Shown one piece after another: positions 17,531-27,093 of a DNA stretch of 64,000 bases (positions are counted from its first letter, which is position 1; every line of letters starts with the position of its first letter). Origin of the DNA: Chloroflexota bacterium (GTDB lineage Bacteria; Chloroflexota; Anaerolineae; Aggregatilineales; Phototrophicaceae). Below the pieces are notes generated by a model that was given only the letters and a program-made list of their open reading frames with translations, had not been told where the DNA came from and ran no database searches. The DNA is taken from assembly GCA_023430545.1 (NCBI GenBank), contig JAEZAF010000199.1:4778-68777 (forward strand), in the 5' to 3' direction. The position numbers and the translations under genes are program-made.

Positions 17531-17584
17531 GAGCGGACACGGCGATACAACACAGGTCCGCCCTACACTAAACTGGCCTACAGG
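17531..17584 (+). repeat. 3'-end repeat family, copy C
   Basis: GAGCGGACACGGCGATACAACACAGGTCCGCCCTACACTAAACTGGCCTACAGG. It has the GCGGACACGGC block, a GCGGAC/GTCCGC hairpin and the CCCTACA block shared with copies A and B. Confidence 0.55.
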
Positions 17585-17608
17585 GTCACATGATAGATGA
17601 AGTCTCCG

Positions 17609-19039
17609 CTATGGGACGACTGCGACGGCTGGTGCAGCGGTATCCCCGGCAAACAGGGACAGCTCGGAGACACGGACATCATACTGGTGGCCGGACGCAT
17701 AGAAGCGGATACGGGTGATGTACAGCGGCTTCTGTTCATCCGGTAGTGTAGAGAGGATATTGCCAGTCGAATAGGTGTACCAGCGCTTTTCACGCACCAG
17801 AATATGCTCCTGTGCACAGCTCAAGCAGCGGTACGGCCAGTCGGCAGGCTGGATACAGTTTGGGAGGCCGGTACAATCAATCTGTGGCAGATTCAGGTTG
17901 TTGACGGCATAAAATCCGTAGATGAAGGTCAGCGGGCGAAGCTCTCCACCTTCCTCTAGCGGAGGGGCCATATAATCAATGCGGACCATCAGCGGACATT
18001 CACTGCCCTGCTGGCCGCAGCGATTCAGGGACTGAAAATTAATGTAGAACGATGTTTTCAGCGCGAGATAACCGTAATCGCGGACATCAATCCAGGTTGA
18101 AGTGTCCTCGGCATCCGGTGAGCCACCCTGCTGACAGAAGGTTTCGCCGTGTGTCTCAGCATCCCCGCCGCGCACTAAAAACAGCGCCTGTCGGCCTTCT
18201 TCCCGGGCAATCGTGAAATTGCCGTTGGGGGTACTCTCAGCAGCATTCCCGCAGCCCCACTCCAGCGGCGAGATGGTTTCAACGGTATCAACCACCCGGC
18301 GGTGTACGTCAGTGAAGGTGTTGTTTTTCACCAGATTGAGCAGCGGATTCTGGAAGACCTCAATCACGGACTGGTCGGCCTGTATCCGTCCGATATATCC
18401 GGGTGGAATGCTCTTCGCAGCCAGTGACTCATCATGCATCACGACTTCACCACGGTAATTGGTAACCTCTGCACGCGTGTTGACAATACGCACTGATGCC
18501 TGCCCTGATGACGAAACGCGGATCGATGCGCCGGGGACGGTCTCCAGCAGCAGCAGAAAATTACTACTGTCGTAGCCATCTGCGACAAAGACTTCGATGT
18601 CGCCCTGCACACGCTCCAGCTCAATCAGGAAGCGGGCATCACCCCAGTCGAAACGGGGACGCGCCGCGGTACGCAGTGTGATCGAGGCATTACTGTCATC
18701 GAGGGACAGGGTCGCGACCACACGGTTATCCTGATATGGATCACGGAATGTGACCAGCGCCTGCGACTGGGGATTGGGCTTCACAATATGGCCAATGTTG
18801 AGCAACTGCGGTTCATCACCGACGGCGCGTTCATTGAAGTCCAGAGGGGTGTATCCGACCCCGCCGCGCGCTACGGCAACCGTGGCATCCATCGGCACGG
18901 TGGAGACAAAGAAAAAGTAATGCACAGCCAGTAAGCCGAACAGCGCGATGGTACAGAAGATAGCGAAGGCCAGCAGCAGCACACCCCATGCGACCTGTAC
19001 CGGATTTTTCAGTCGGGAATGCTGAACAGTTGTGGTCAT
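17609..19039 (-). CDS. Membrane-anchored extracytoplasmic protein with Cys-rich C-terminal domain (hypothetical)
   Basis: One N-terminal TM (AWGVLLLAFAIFCTIALFGLLAV) and a long outside domain with many Cys near the C-terminus. ATG 19039 is preferred over TTG 19066 because a TATAAT lies just upstream of 19066. Confidence 0.55.
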   Translation of the reverse strand: MTTTVQHSRLKNPVQVAWGVLLLAFAIFCTIALFGLLAVHYFFFVSTVPMDATVAVARGGVGYTPLDFNERAVGDEPQLLNIGHIVKPNPQSQALVTFRDPYQDNRVVATLSLDDSNASITLRTAARPRFDWGDARFLIELERVQGDIEVFVADGYDSSNFLLLLETVPGASIRVSSSGQASVRIVNTRAEVTNYRGEVVMHDESLAAKSIPPGYIGRIQADQSVIEVFQNPLLNLVKNNTFTDVHRRVVDTVETISPLEWGCGNAAESTPNGNFTIAREEGRQALFLVRGGDAETHGETFCQQGGSPDAEDTSTWIDVRDYGYLALKTSFYINFQSLNRCGQQGSECPLMVRIDYMAPPLEEGGELRPLTFIYGFYAVNNLNLPQIDCTGLPNCIQPADWPYRCLSCAQEHILVREKRWYTYSTGNILSTLPDEQKPLYITRIRFYASGHQYDVRVSELSLFAGDTAAPAVAVVP

Positions 19040-19317
19040 AATGGTAACCGTCTGAAATCTGTACAAAGGCTGCCATTATAGCACTGGAAGAATTCAACAC
19101 GGTACGGCCATTCTTCTCGGTGCTCGCGGGATGTGGAAGTTACAGCAGAGCGCCGGTTGATTTTCGCGGTCAGGTGTTGACAGATGCCGGCAACTGGCTG
19201 CTGGTCCCTGGTAATTGAGAGATTACCTGGAAATTAGGAAGCCTATATCTCGACGTGAAAGCGGCTCTTCGATATAATTCCAAAAAGAAATCAGGTTCAA
19301 TATTGGAGAAAACACAG

Positions 19318-20070
19318 ATGTCTGGACATAGTAAATGGTCCACCATCAAGCGCAAAAAAGGTGCTGAAGACGCCAAACGTGGCAAAATCTTCACACGCCT
19401 TGCCCGCGATATTATGATCGCAGCACGTGAAGGTGGCGGTGACGAAGGCTCTAATGCGAAGCTGAAGCTGGCCGTTGGCAAGGCTAAAGCGGAGAATATG
19501 CCGAAGGAAAACATCGAACGCGCCATCAAGAAGGGGACCGGCGAACTCGATGGCGGCCAGATGGAAGAACTGACCTATGAGGGCTACGGTACTGACGGGA
19601 TCGCCTTCCTTGTCGATGTCCTCACCGACAACAAGAACCGCACACTGGCCGACGTTAAACGCATCTTTAATCGCGGCGGCGGCAGTCTGGCTTCAGCCGG
19701 ATCGGTGGCCTGGCAGTTCGAACAGAAGGGCCAGATCATCCTCGGCGGAACCGGCCTCGACTTCGATGAAGTCTTCATGGCCGCTGCTGAAGCTGGTGCT
19801 GATGATGTCGTGGATGAAGACGGGACAGTAGTTGTCTATACCCCACGTGAAAAACTGCGTGCGGTGGAACAGGCCCTGACCGATGCCGGATACAAGGTGA
19901 CAGAAGCTGAGCTTTACTGGGACCCCCAGAATGAAAGCGAACTCCCCCCCGACCGAGCCATCGCCAACATGAAAATCGCAGAACAGCTTGAAGAACTGGA
20001 CGATGTTCAGAGCGTCGCCTCGAACCTGCTGATCACTGATGATATCGCTGCGGCATTCGAGACCGCCTGA
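19318..20070 (+). CDS. yebC: YebC/PmpR family DNA-binding transcriptional regulator
   Basis: The MSGHSKWSTIKRKKGAEDAKRGKIFTRL N-terminus is diagnostic. ATG 19318 is preceded by GGAGAA. Confidence 0.9.
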   Translation: MSGHSKWSTIKRKKGAEDAKRGKIFTRLARDIMIAAREGGGDEGSNAKLKLAVGKAKAENMPKENIERAIKKGTGELDGGQMEELTYEGYGTDGIAFLVDVLTDNKNRTLADVKRIFNRGGGSLASAGSVAWQFEQKGQIILGGTGLDFDEVFMAAAEAGADDVVDEDGTVVVYTPREKLRAVEQALTDAGYKVTEAELYWDPQNESELPPDRAIANMKIAEQLEELDDVQSVASNLLITDDIAAAFETA

Positions 20071-20558
20071 TGCTCACACTGGGCATTGATCCTGGTACTG
20101 CGACCATTGGCTACGGCGTCGTCAGGGAACTGAACGATGGTTCGCTTGAACCCGTCGCCTACAGCGTCATCCGTACCACGCCGGATAACACCATGCCCGA
20201 TCGCCTGAATATGATTTACGAAGGTATTCAGGCGATTGTCCGTGAGTATCAGCCGGATCGGTCAGCAGTCGAAGAACTGTTTTTCGCCAAGAACGTGACG
20301 ACGGCGATCACGGTGGCACAGGGGCGCGGTGTGATTCTGCTGGCGCTGGCACAGGCTGGTCTGGAAATCGCCGAGTACAAGCCGCATGTCGTTAAACAGG
20401 CGATCTCCGGCTATGGAAATGCCAAGAAACCGCAGATGCAGGAGATGGTACGCATTCTGCTCGGACTCGATGAGATCCCGAAACCAGATGATGCCGCCGA
20501 TGCGCTGGCACTTGCTATTACGGATATTCATACCCATCGTTACAACAGTTGGGAATAA
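20070..20558 (+). CDS. ruvC: Crossover junction endodeoxyribonuclease RuvC
   Basis: LGIDPGTATIGYGVV N-terminal RNase H-fold motif. The ATG overlaps the yebC stop (TGATG). Confidence 0.9.
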   Translation: MLTLGIDPGTATIGYGVVRELNDGSLEPVAYSVIRTTPDNTMPDRLNMIYEGIQAIVREYQPDRSAVEELFFAKNVTTAITVAQGRGVILLALAQAGLEIAEYKPHVVKQAISGYGNAKKPQMQEMVRILLGLDEIPKPDDAADALALAITDIHTHRYNSWE

Positions 20559-20564
20559 CGATTG

Positions 20565-21134
20565 ATGATTGCCAGTCTTGAAGGTGTGATCACCGCTGAA
20601 CATCATGATTTCCTGATTGTGGTTGTGAACGGGATTGGGTACAAGGTCTTCGCCCCTCAGAGCGCGATGGCCGGAGTCGGCAGCACCACCACCCTGCATA
20701 CCAGCCTCGTCGTGCGGGAAGATTCGCTGACGCTGTTCGGATTCGGCTCCACCGTGGACCGCGATATGTTCGAGACCCTGCTGATGATCAGCGGCGTCGG
20801 CCCGAAAGTGGCGCTTGCGATTTTGAACACGCTCAGCGTAGATAACCTGCGCAATGCAGTCGTCGCAGACCGTTTCGAAATCCTGACGCGGGTCCCCGGC
20901 ATCGGCAAGAAGACCGCGCAGAAGATCCTGTTCGAACTGAAGGATCGTCTGCCCAAGGGGCTGGATGCCGCGCCAGTCTCGGCCTTCGATGATGTGAACA
21001 GCGACGTGATCGATACACTGGTGGCTTTGGGTTACAGCATCGTCGAAGCACAGATGGCGATTCAGGCCATGCCGCCCGATGCCCCGGTCGATGTCGAGGA
21101 ACGGGTGCGGCTCGCCTTGCAGTACTTCGCCTGA
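20565..21134 (+). CDS. ruvA: Holliday junction branch migration complex subunit RuvA
   Basis: MIASLEGVI start, helix-hairpin-helix segments ISGVGPKVALAIL and VPGIGKKTAQKI, and a C-terminal domain III. Confidence 0.9.
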   Translation: MIASLEGVITAEHHDFLIVVVNGIGYKVFAPQSAMAGVGSTTTLHTSLVVREDSLTLFGFGSTVDRDMFETLLMISGVGPKVALAILNTLSVDNLRNAVVADRFEILTRVPGIGKKTAQKILFELKDRLPKGLDAAPVSAFDDVNSDVIDTLVALGYSIVEAQMAIQAMPPDAPVDVEERVRLALQYFA

Positions 21135-21175
21135 CCACCCACCCAGACCAGAGTTGATTTAGATAAGGATGATGA

Positions 21176-21535
21176 GTGCGAACACCAGCCGGCAAGGAAT
21201 GCCGCTACTATTACGCAGACTTTAACCGTGGACGCAATGTACAGGAATGCCGTTTAGCGAAGGTCAACCCGGAATCGATGCGCTGGCGCCCACAGGACTG
21301 CACGCGCTGCCCGGTCCCGGATATTCTCAACGCCAATGCTTCGCCCAATCTGGAACTGAAACTGACGATCAAGCCCAGATTTCTGGGGCTGGGGCGCGAA
21401 AATGAGGTTACGGCATGGTGCCTGAAGCATCAGATCCCGATCGAGGACGCGTTTATCGGCTGTACCCAGTGCAACGATGAACGTCCCGGCCTCGATCTGT
21501 TCAAAAGCGCGCTGGAAGACCTCGATAATGATTAA
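21176..21535 (+). CDS. Small Cys-rich protein with two CxxC pairs (hypothetical, zinc-ribbon-like)
   Basis: GTG start preceded by AAGGA. Contains CTRC and CTQC pairs plus three more Cys. Its stop overlaps the next gene's ATG (ATGATTAA). Confidence 0.5.
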   Translation: MRTPAGKECRYYYADFNRGRNVQECRLAKVNPESMRWRPQDCTRCPVPDILNANASPNLELKLTIKPRFLGLGRENEVTAWCLKHQIPIEDAFIGCTQCNDERPGLDLFKSALEDLDND

Positions 21536-22667
21536 AGCGGTACTCCTCGACCTCGATGAAACGCTGCTCCGCAATCCTAATCAGGGCTTTGTACCCGCCT
21601 ATCTTCATCTGATCGACCATTACTTTGAGCAGCGCTTCGGGGTCACGGTGTCCAGTGCATTACTTCAGGCTGTGCGGACTTTAAGCAGCCCCCGAGATAT
21701 GCGTCAATCCAATCTGGCAGTGATGCTGGATCGGCTAGGCGCACCTGGTCAGATAGAGGAAGGCCAGCTTCTGGATGCAATTCAGGATTTCTATCTGAAC
21801 CACTATCCTGAACTGCAAGTCTGCACCTCGCCGGTTGAACTCGCACCAGAACTGGTCAACGCACTGCGCCAGCGGGGTTATCGGCTGGTGATCGCGACCA
21901 ACCCACTTTATCCGCAGGCCGCGATCTATCAGCGGCTGAAGTGGGCTGGCCTGCCCTATACAGCAGACGATTACGATTTCATCACCACGGCTGACAATAC
22001 GCACTTTGCCAAACCGAACCCTGCCTATTATGCCGAGATCATCGGTCGGCTGGGAATCGAACCGGACGAAGCGCTGATGATCGGGGACAGCGAGGGCAAC
22101 GACATACGGCCTGCTGCTGAGATCGGTATCCGGACACTGCTGGTGCAGCCGGGTGAACTTGGCGGCGTTTATCAGCAGATCAACCAGTTCGAGAACCTGA
22201 CACCGCCCACGCTTGGTCCTGCCGGGGTAATCGCTCAGCTTCAGGGGAACACGGGCGCACTTTCCGGACTGCTGGAGACACTCCAGCCGCATTACTGGGA
22301 TCAGCATCCCATACCGGGAGAATGGTCTCCACTGGAGATTCTGTGTCATCTGGTAGAACGCGAACAGCATGTGCATCTGGCACGCATCAGACGGATCGTG
22401 GCAGAAAACAATCCCTTCATTGTCGATCCCGGCCCCGGCCAGCCGGTGCGGTGTGCCGAAACGGGTGATCTGGCGGCATCCACATTTGTTGAACTTCGCC
22501 AGCAGACAATCACGTTTCTGCAAGGTCTGCCGGAGGACGCCTGGCAGCGCCCCGCCCGTCACAGCATCTTTGGGCCGACCACACTGTTCGAAATGGCGAT
22601 GTTCACCGCGCAGCACGACCGGCTGCATCTGCGCCAACTGTGTCAGACGATCGGACGCTGTCAATAA
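21528..22667 (+). CDS. HAD-superfamily hydrolase fused to a DinB-like domain
   Basis: HAD motif I LLDLDETLL and motif IV GDSEGND. The C-terminal ~150 aa carry a DinB-type His pattern (LCHLVEREQHVH ... AQHDRLHLRQL). Confidence 0.65.
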   Translation: MIKAVLLDLDETLLRNPNQGFVPAYLHLIDHYFEQRFGVTVSSALLQAVRTLSSPRDMRQSNLAVMLDRLGAPGQIEEGQLLDAIQDFYLNHYPELQVCTSPVELAPELVNALRQRGYRLVIATNPLYPQAAIYQRLKWAGLPYTADDYDFITTADNTHFAKPNPAYYAEIIGRLGIEPDEALMIGDSEGNDIRPAAEIGIRTLLVQPGELGGVYQQINQFENLTPPTLGPAGVIAQLQGNTGALSGLLETLQPHYWDQHPIPGEWSPLEILCHLVEREQHVHLARIRRIVAENNPFIVDPGPGQPVRCAETGDLAASTFVELRQQTITFLQGLPEDAWQRPARHSIFGPTTLFEMAMFTAQHDRLHLRQLCQTIGRCQ

Positions 22668-22752
22668 ATCTTTTGACAGATTATGCTAAGATAGTAACAT
22701 CAGCTTTTTCAGGCTCTTTATCCGTCCAGCACATGCAGCAGATTCCGGTTTA

Positions 22753-23907
22753 ATGGCTACTTCAAGCGCAGAAACAACCCGACATCGTTTGTTGATGCTT
22801 GAACCACTCGACGTGAATCGCAAGGCGTTCGAGAACTGGCGCTATGAAGTCGTCTGTCTTGAGGGTGATGATGTCGATGCGTTCAGCCTGATGGCCGCAC
22901 AACCGGATGCTGTTCTGGCCGATTTCTCATCGGTCACCACTGTGTTGTTTGAGTCGGTGCGGACGATGGACCCTTATCCTAGAGGGCCGCTGCTGGTGTT
23001 TGTAACCGAACATGCGGCCGCCAGCACCAGCGCGGATATCTGCCTTGCGCCGCAGCACGTCGAACTGCTGCTTCAGCCGCTGCTCCATGCAAGGGAAGAT
23101 GCACGACGTCTGTACGAAAGCAATCAGGCATTGCTGACATCCAACCACGAACTGAAACTTGAACTTCACCGCGAACGCCTGCTTCGTAATGCGTCTGAAG
23201 TGCTGAAGAACATGATCGTGCGCAACGTCTCGCATGAACTGCGCACGCCCCTGCTTCAGATCAAGACTGCTGTTGCGCTGATGGCTGAAACGCTGCCGTC
23301 ACTTGGCCGCAATCACCAGGATGAGCCGGATCAGACCGCAACTCTGGTGGAACTGGCAACCGGGGCCACCACGAGACTCGAGACCCATGTGCGTAATATC
23401 ACCATGCTGGGTGAGAGCATCGATCCCAAAATCGGCCCGATGATTTTGCGTGATGCGGCTGAAGCGGCGCGGCGCAATCTGTTTCGTCTGTGGGAATTTC
23501 GCGATCAGGTGAATCGCATTCAGTTTCAGCTTCCGTCAGACCTGCCGCCGGTGCTTGGAGATAAAACCGGTATCAGCACTGTGCTCCAGCTTCTGCTGGA
23601 TAACGCGTTGAAGTTCAGCACACGTGAAGTGATCCTCAGCGCACATGTCTCGGAGAGTTCGAATACGGTGATGGTACGGGTCCGCGATTTCGGGATCGGC
23701 ATCGCAGCAGAGGAAATTGACAACATCTTTGACACCTTCTACCAGGTCGATGGCTCCGATACCCGTAGTTACGGGGGCGCGGGTGTTGGGCTGGCACTGG
23801 TCCGCATCATTCTGGCGCGGCACGGCATCCAGATCCGCGTCGAAAGTGAGATCGGCGTGGGCAGCAGCTTCTGCTTCCGTATGCCAATCATGTCGAACCA
23901 GTCTTGA
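22753..23907 (+). CDS. Cytoplasmic histidine kinase with degenerate N-terminal receiver-like domain
   Basis: H-box VSHELRTPL, N-box LLDNALKF and G-boxes DFGIGI and GGAGVGLALV. No TM segments and no adjacent response regulator. Confidence 0.75.
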   Translation: MATSSAETTRHRLLMLEPLDVNRKAFENWRYEVVCLEGDDVDAFSLMAAQPDAVLADFSSVTTVLFESVRTMDPYPRGPLLVFVTEHAAASTSADICLAPQHVELLLQPLLHAREDARRLYESNQALLTSNHELKLELHRERLLRNASEVLKNMIVRNVSHELRTPLLQIKTAVALMAETLPSLGRNHQDEPDQTATLVELATGATTRLETHVRNITMLGESIDPKIGPMILRDAAEAARRNLFRLWEFRDQVNRIQFQLPSDLPPVLGDKTGISTVLQLLLDNALKFSTREVILSAHVSESSNTVMVRVRDFGIGIAAEEIDNIFDTFYQVDGSDTRSYGGAGVGLALVRIILARHGIQIRVESEIGVGSSFCFRMPIMSNQS

Positions 23908-24141
23908 TCAGTGGATGAATAGTTCTTTAGAATGCTGCTGTCCGTCTTTGTGCTTACGACACAGATACACTCCCTGATTTCATTATCGAAAGTCCAGATG
24001 AAAGTAGACTTTCCATTCGTGGAAACGTCTGTTTGTTCTGGGTAGGCTGTATCACAATGTGTTACAGTTAGCCGAGAAAGGCTGTAACATTGGCAGCATC
24101 ACTCGTTTTTAATAACTCTGTGAGCGTAACGGCAGCTTTTA

Positions 24142-24170
24142 TTGACCCTTTTTTGCGTGTGATGTATAAT
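24142..24170 (+). promoter_or_regulatory. Candidate sigma70-type promoter (TTGACC-17-TATAAT, TG-extended)
   Basis: TTGACC 24142-24147, 17-bp spacer, TG then TATAAT 24165-24170, about 60 nt upstream of ATG 24232. Confidence 0.55.
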
Positions 24171-24231
24171 ACTTTTAGTTAGTTCTAAATGTCACAAACG
24201 TTAGTGACGGGGCTTGGTAGGGACAATACTC

Positions 24232-25188
24232 ATGGCGATCAAAGATGCAGCGCAGTACGAGGTGGAAACGGCTCGTTCGGAAGAAATGACAGTCGACCAG
24301 TTTATCGAGCTGGGTCTACAGGAAATCGAAGCACTGATGCATCGCGTCGTCGAGACCGATGTCACCGTGCTGCGTGATGCCAGCCATCATATCCTGGCGG
24401 CTGGTGGCAAGCGGATTCGCCCGCGTCTGGTGCTCACCAGCTATGCAGCATGTGGTGGAGAGGATTTCCATCAGGTGGCCGCGCCAGCATCCGCACTTGA
24501 GCTGGTTCATACCGCCAGCGTCGTCCATGATGACATCAACGATCATGGCGTTCTGCGTCGGGGTCGGCCCTCCGTTAACGCCGTCTGGGGACGTACCTTC
24601 GCCCTGCTCACCGGTGACTTTCTGTTCACCAAAGTCTACGAGCTGATGGCCCCATATAAGGACCTGAACATCGTCCTTGCTGATGCTACCGTCGCACTGG
24701 TGGAAGGTGAAACCCTTCAGGCCAGCGCAGTGAAGGATAACAACCTTTCGCGCAAAACCTATATGGATATCATCGCCCGTAAGACCGCTGCCCTGTTCCA
24801 GGCTGGTGGCGTGATGGGTGCACGTCTGGCAAACGGCACCGAACAGCAGGTGGAGGCGCTTGGCAAATTCGGTTTCAATATCGGTCTTGCCTTCCAGATT
24901 GTCGATGACATTCTCGACCTTGTTGGAGACAGCACAACGATCGGTAAGGTCGCCGGCCTCGATCGCGAACAGGGCAAGGGACTTTCTGCGGCCTATGCTG
25001 CCGAGAAGGACAGCCCCATCGATGTCATTCAGCGCAAGCTACTGGAAGGTAACGCTATCGAAGAAGGCCGCCAGCAGGCGCTCAATCTGGTGCAGATGGC
25101 AATTTCTGAGCTGAACGTCCTGCCAGACAACGCTGGAAAACAGGCCCTTATCGCACTCGCACGCTCCACAGTTGAACGCGCTTACTAA
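24232..25188 (+). CDS. Polyprenyl diphosphate synthase (trans-isoprenyl diphosphate synthase family)
   Basis: First DDxxD-type motif VHDDINDH and second FQIVDDILD. Chain length cannot be assigned from sequence alone. Confidence 0.85.
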   Translation: MAIKDAAQYEVETARSEEMTVDQFIELGLQEIEALMHRVVETDVTVLRDASHHILAAGGKRIRPRLVLTSYAACGGEDFHQVAAPASALELVHTASVVHDDINDHGVLRRGRPSVNAVWGRTFALLTGDFLFTKVYELMAPYKDLNIVLADATVALVEGETLQASAVKDNNLSRKTYMDIIARKTAALFQAGGVMGARLANGTEQQVEALGKFGFNIGLAFQIVDDILDLVGDSTTIGKVAGLDREQGKGLSAAYAAEKDSPIDVIQRKLLEGNAIEEGRQQALNLVQMAISELNVLPDNAGKQALIALARSTVERAY

Positions 25189-25200
25189 GTATCTGAGAAT

Positions 25201-25247
25201 TGCGGAAAAGCGGACACGGCAGTGCCGTATCCCTACAAGTTGCATCC
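25201..25247 (+). repeat. 3'-end repeat family, copy B (downstream of polyprenyl synthase)
   Basis: TGCGGAAAAGCGGACACGGCAGTGCCGTATCCCTACAAGTTGCATCC. The 19-mer GCGGACACGGCAGTGCCGT is identical to copy A. Confidence 0.7.
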
Positions 25248-25263
25248 ATACATGATACTTACC

Positions 25264-25298
25264 GAATCCGGTTCCCCTGGGAGCCGGATTTTTGTTTT
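25264..25298 (+). terminator. Intrinsic terminator after polyprenyl synthase gene
   Basis: Stem AATCCGG(TTCC) / (GGAG)CCGGATT with one mismatch, followed by TTTTTGTTTT. Confidence 0.75.
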
Positions 25299-25367
25299 CA
25301 GCCATGACGGTGGTAGTATCGCCTCTGGTATTTGACCTGAAAACCTCAAACCTGGGAACAGAGATCC

Positions 25368-27086
25368 ATGAGCCTGAGTGTCCTGACCATCGCTGAGATT
25401 CGCGCTGTTGAAGAGGCCGCCAACGCCGCCGGTTATGCCTATGAGCAGATGATGGAAGACGCAGGCACAGCCGCCGCAGAACGTGCTGTCGCCTTGCTGG
25501 ACGGCATTCAGCAGCCAAAAGTTACGGTGCTGGTTGGCCCCGGTAACAACGGTGGTGACGGTCTGGTGGTCGGTCGTGTGATCGCACAGCAGATCCCTGA
25601 TGCACAGGTGCGCTTCTATCTGCTCAGCCGCCGGGATGAAGCAAAAGATTCGGTTTTCGCCAGCGCACAGTCTGCCGGGCTGTTCATGGCGTACAGCGAG
25701 GATGACCGCGATCACCGGGTGCTGCGGAATATGGTCGCCAGTGCTGATCTGATCGTTGATGCCCTGCTCGGGATTGGCGCAAAGCCACCTTTGAAACAGC
25801 CGGTACAGCGCATCCTGCGCAGTGTGCGTCAGGCAGTGGAGGAACGCCGCAGTGCGTCACGCCTGCGCACACGCACGATTGATCCCACTGCCCCGAACCA
25901 GATCGAATACCCGCCGCGCCAGATCATTCTGGCAATCGACTGTCCCAGCGGTCTGGACTGCGATACCGGCGAAATTGACTCCACTGTACTTCATGCAGAA
26001 GAGACAGTCACATTCATCGCGGCAAAACCCGGTGTGCTGATGTTCCCCGGTGCTGCCGCTGTAGGAAAGCTGCGTATCGCCCCGCTGGAGATGCCAGAAG
26101 GCTTTACACTTCCCGAGTCGAAAGTTCAACTACTCGATCATGCCGGGATTGCGGCCCTGCTTCCACCGCGTGCACCCGACAGTCACAAGGGAACCTTCGG
26201 CAAGGTGATGGTCATCGCCGGATCGGGAAATTATACCGGGGCCGCCCTGCTGAGCAGCCGTGCAGCTTATCGCAGCGGTGCTGGCCTGGTGACGGTCGGT
26301 GTACCGGCTCCCGTCGCAGGCGCTCTCGCTGGTCAGCTTCTGGAAGCCACATGGCTGCTGCTGGCACATGATCTCGGTGTACTGAGTGCTAATGCTGCCG
26401 AGACCATCCATAAGGAAATCGAAGGTTATAAGTCGCTGCTGATCGGACCGGGATTAGGCACCGAATCGACCACGCTGGAACTGATCAGGCGGCTTTTCAC
26501 GCGTAAGCCTGCCCAGTCAAAGCGTGATATGGGCTTTGGTGTGTCCACTGCCGAGGGTACAAGCGATTCTCAAACAGAAATCACACTACCACCGACGGTG
26601 ATCGATGCAGATGGACTCAATCTGCTGTCTAAAATCGAGGAATGGTGGAAGTTACTGCCTGCCGAAACCGTGCTCACCCCTCATCCGGCGGAAATGGGCC
26701 GGCTGAGCCAGCTTTCGACTGACGAAGTGCAGGCACAGCGGCTGGATCTGGCACGCGCTAAAACCGAGGAATGGAATGCGGTCGTTATCCTGAAAGGGGC
26801 GATGACGGTGATCGCTGCGCCAGATGGCAGACTTACACTGTCACCCTTTAAAACGGATGCGCTGGCAACGGCGGGCACAGGAGATGTGCTGGCCGGTCTG
26901 ATTGCCGGTCTGCTGGCACAAGGGCTAAAACCGTTCGATGCCGCACAGTCAGCGGTTTATATTCACGGTTTAGCGGGTGTAAAAGCCGCTGAACAGTTTG
27001 GCAGCGGCCAGCATCCCAGCGGGCGCAGCGTCCTCGCTGGGGATGTGCTGGATCATATTACAGAAGCATTCCGCGATTTCGCGTAG
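25368..27086 (+). CDS. nnr: Bifunctional NAD(P)H-hydrate repair enzyme (epimerase / ADP-dependent dehydratase)
   Basis: N-terminal YjeF-N motif GPGNNGGDG. C-terminal carbohydrate-kinase-like domain with HKGTFG and AGTGDVLAG. Confidence 0.85.
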   Translation: MSLSVLTIAEIRAVEEAANAAGYAYEQMMEDAGTAAAERAVALLDGIQQPKVTVLVGPGNNGGDGLVVGRVIAQQIPDAQVRFYLLSRRDEAKDSVFASAQSAGLFMAYSEDDRDHRVLRNMVASADLIVDALLGIGAKPPLKQPVQRILRSVRQAVEERRSASRLRTRTIDPTAPNQIEYPPRQIILAIDCPSGLDCDTGEIDSTVLHAEETVTFIAAKPGVLMFPGAAAVGKLRIAPLEMPEGFTLPESKVQLLDHAGIAALLPPRAPDSHKGTFGKVMVIAGSGNYTGAALLSSRAAYRSGAGLVTVGVPAPVAGALAGQLLEATWLLLAHDLGVLSANAAETIHKEIEGYKSLLIGPGLGTESTTLELIRRLFTRKPAQSKRDMGFGVSTAEGTSDSQTEITLPPTVIDADGLNLLSKIEEWWKLLPAETVLTPHPAEMGRLSQLSTDEVQAQRLDLARAKTEEWNAVVILKGAMTVIAAPDGRLTLSPFKTDALATAGTGDVLAGLIAGLLAQGLKPFDAAQSAVYIHGLAGVKAAEQFGSGQHPSGRSVLAGDVLDHITEAFRDFA

Positions 27087-27093
27087 CGTCAGA

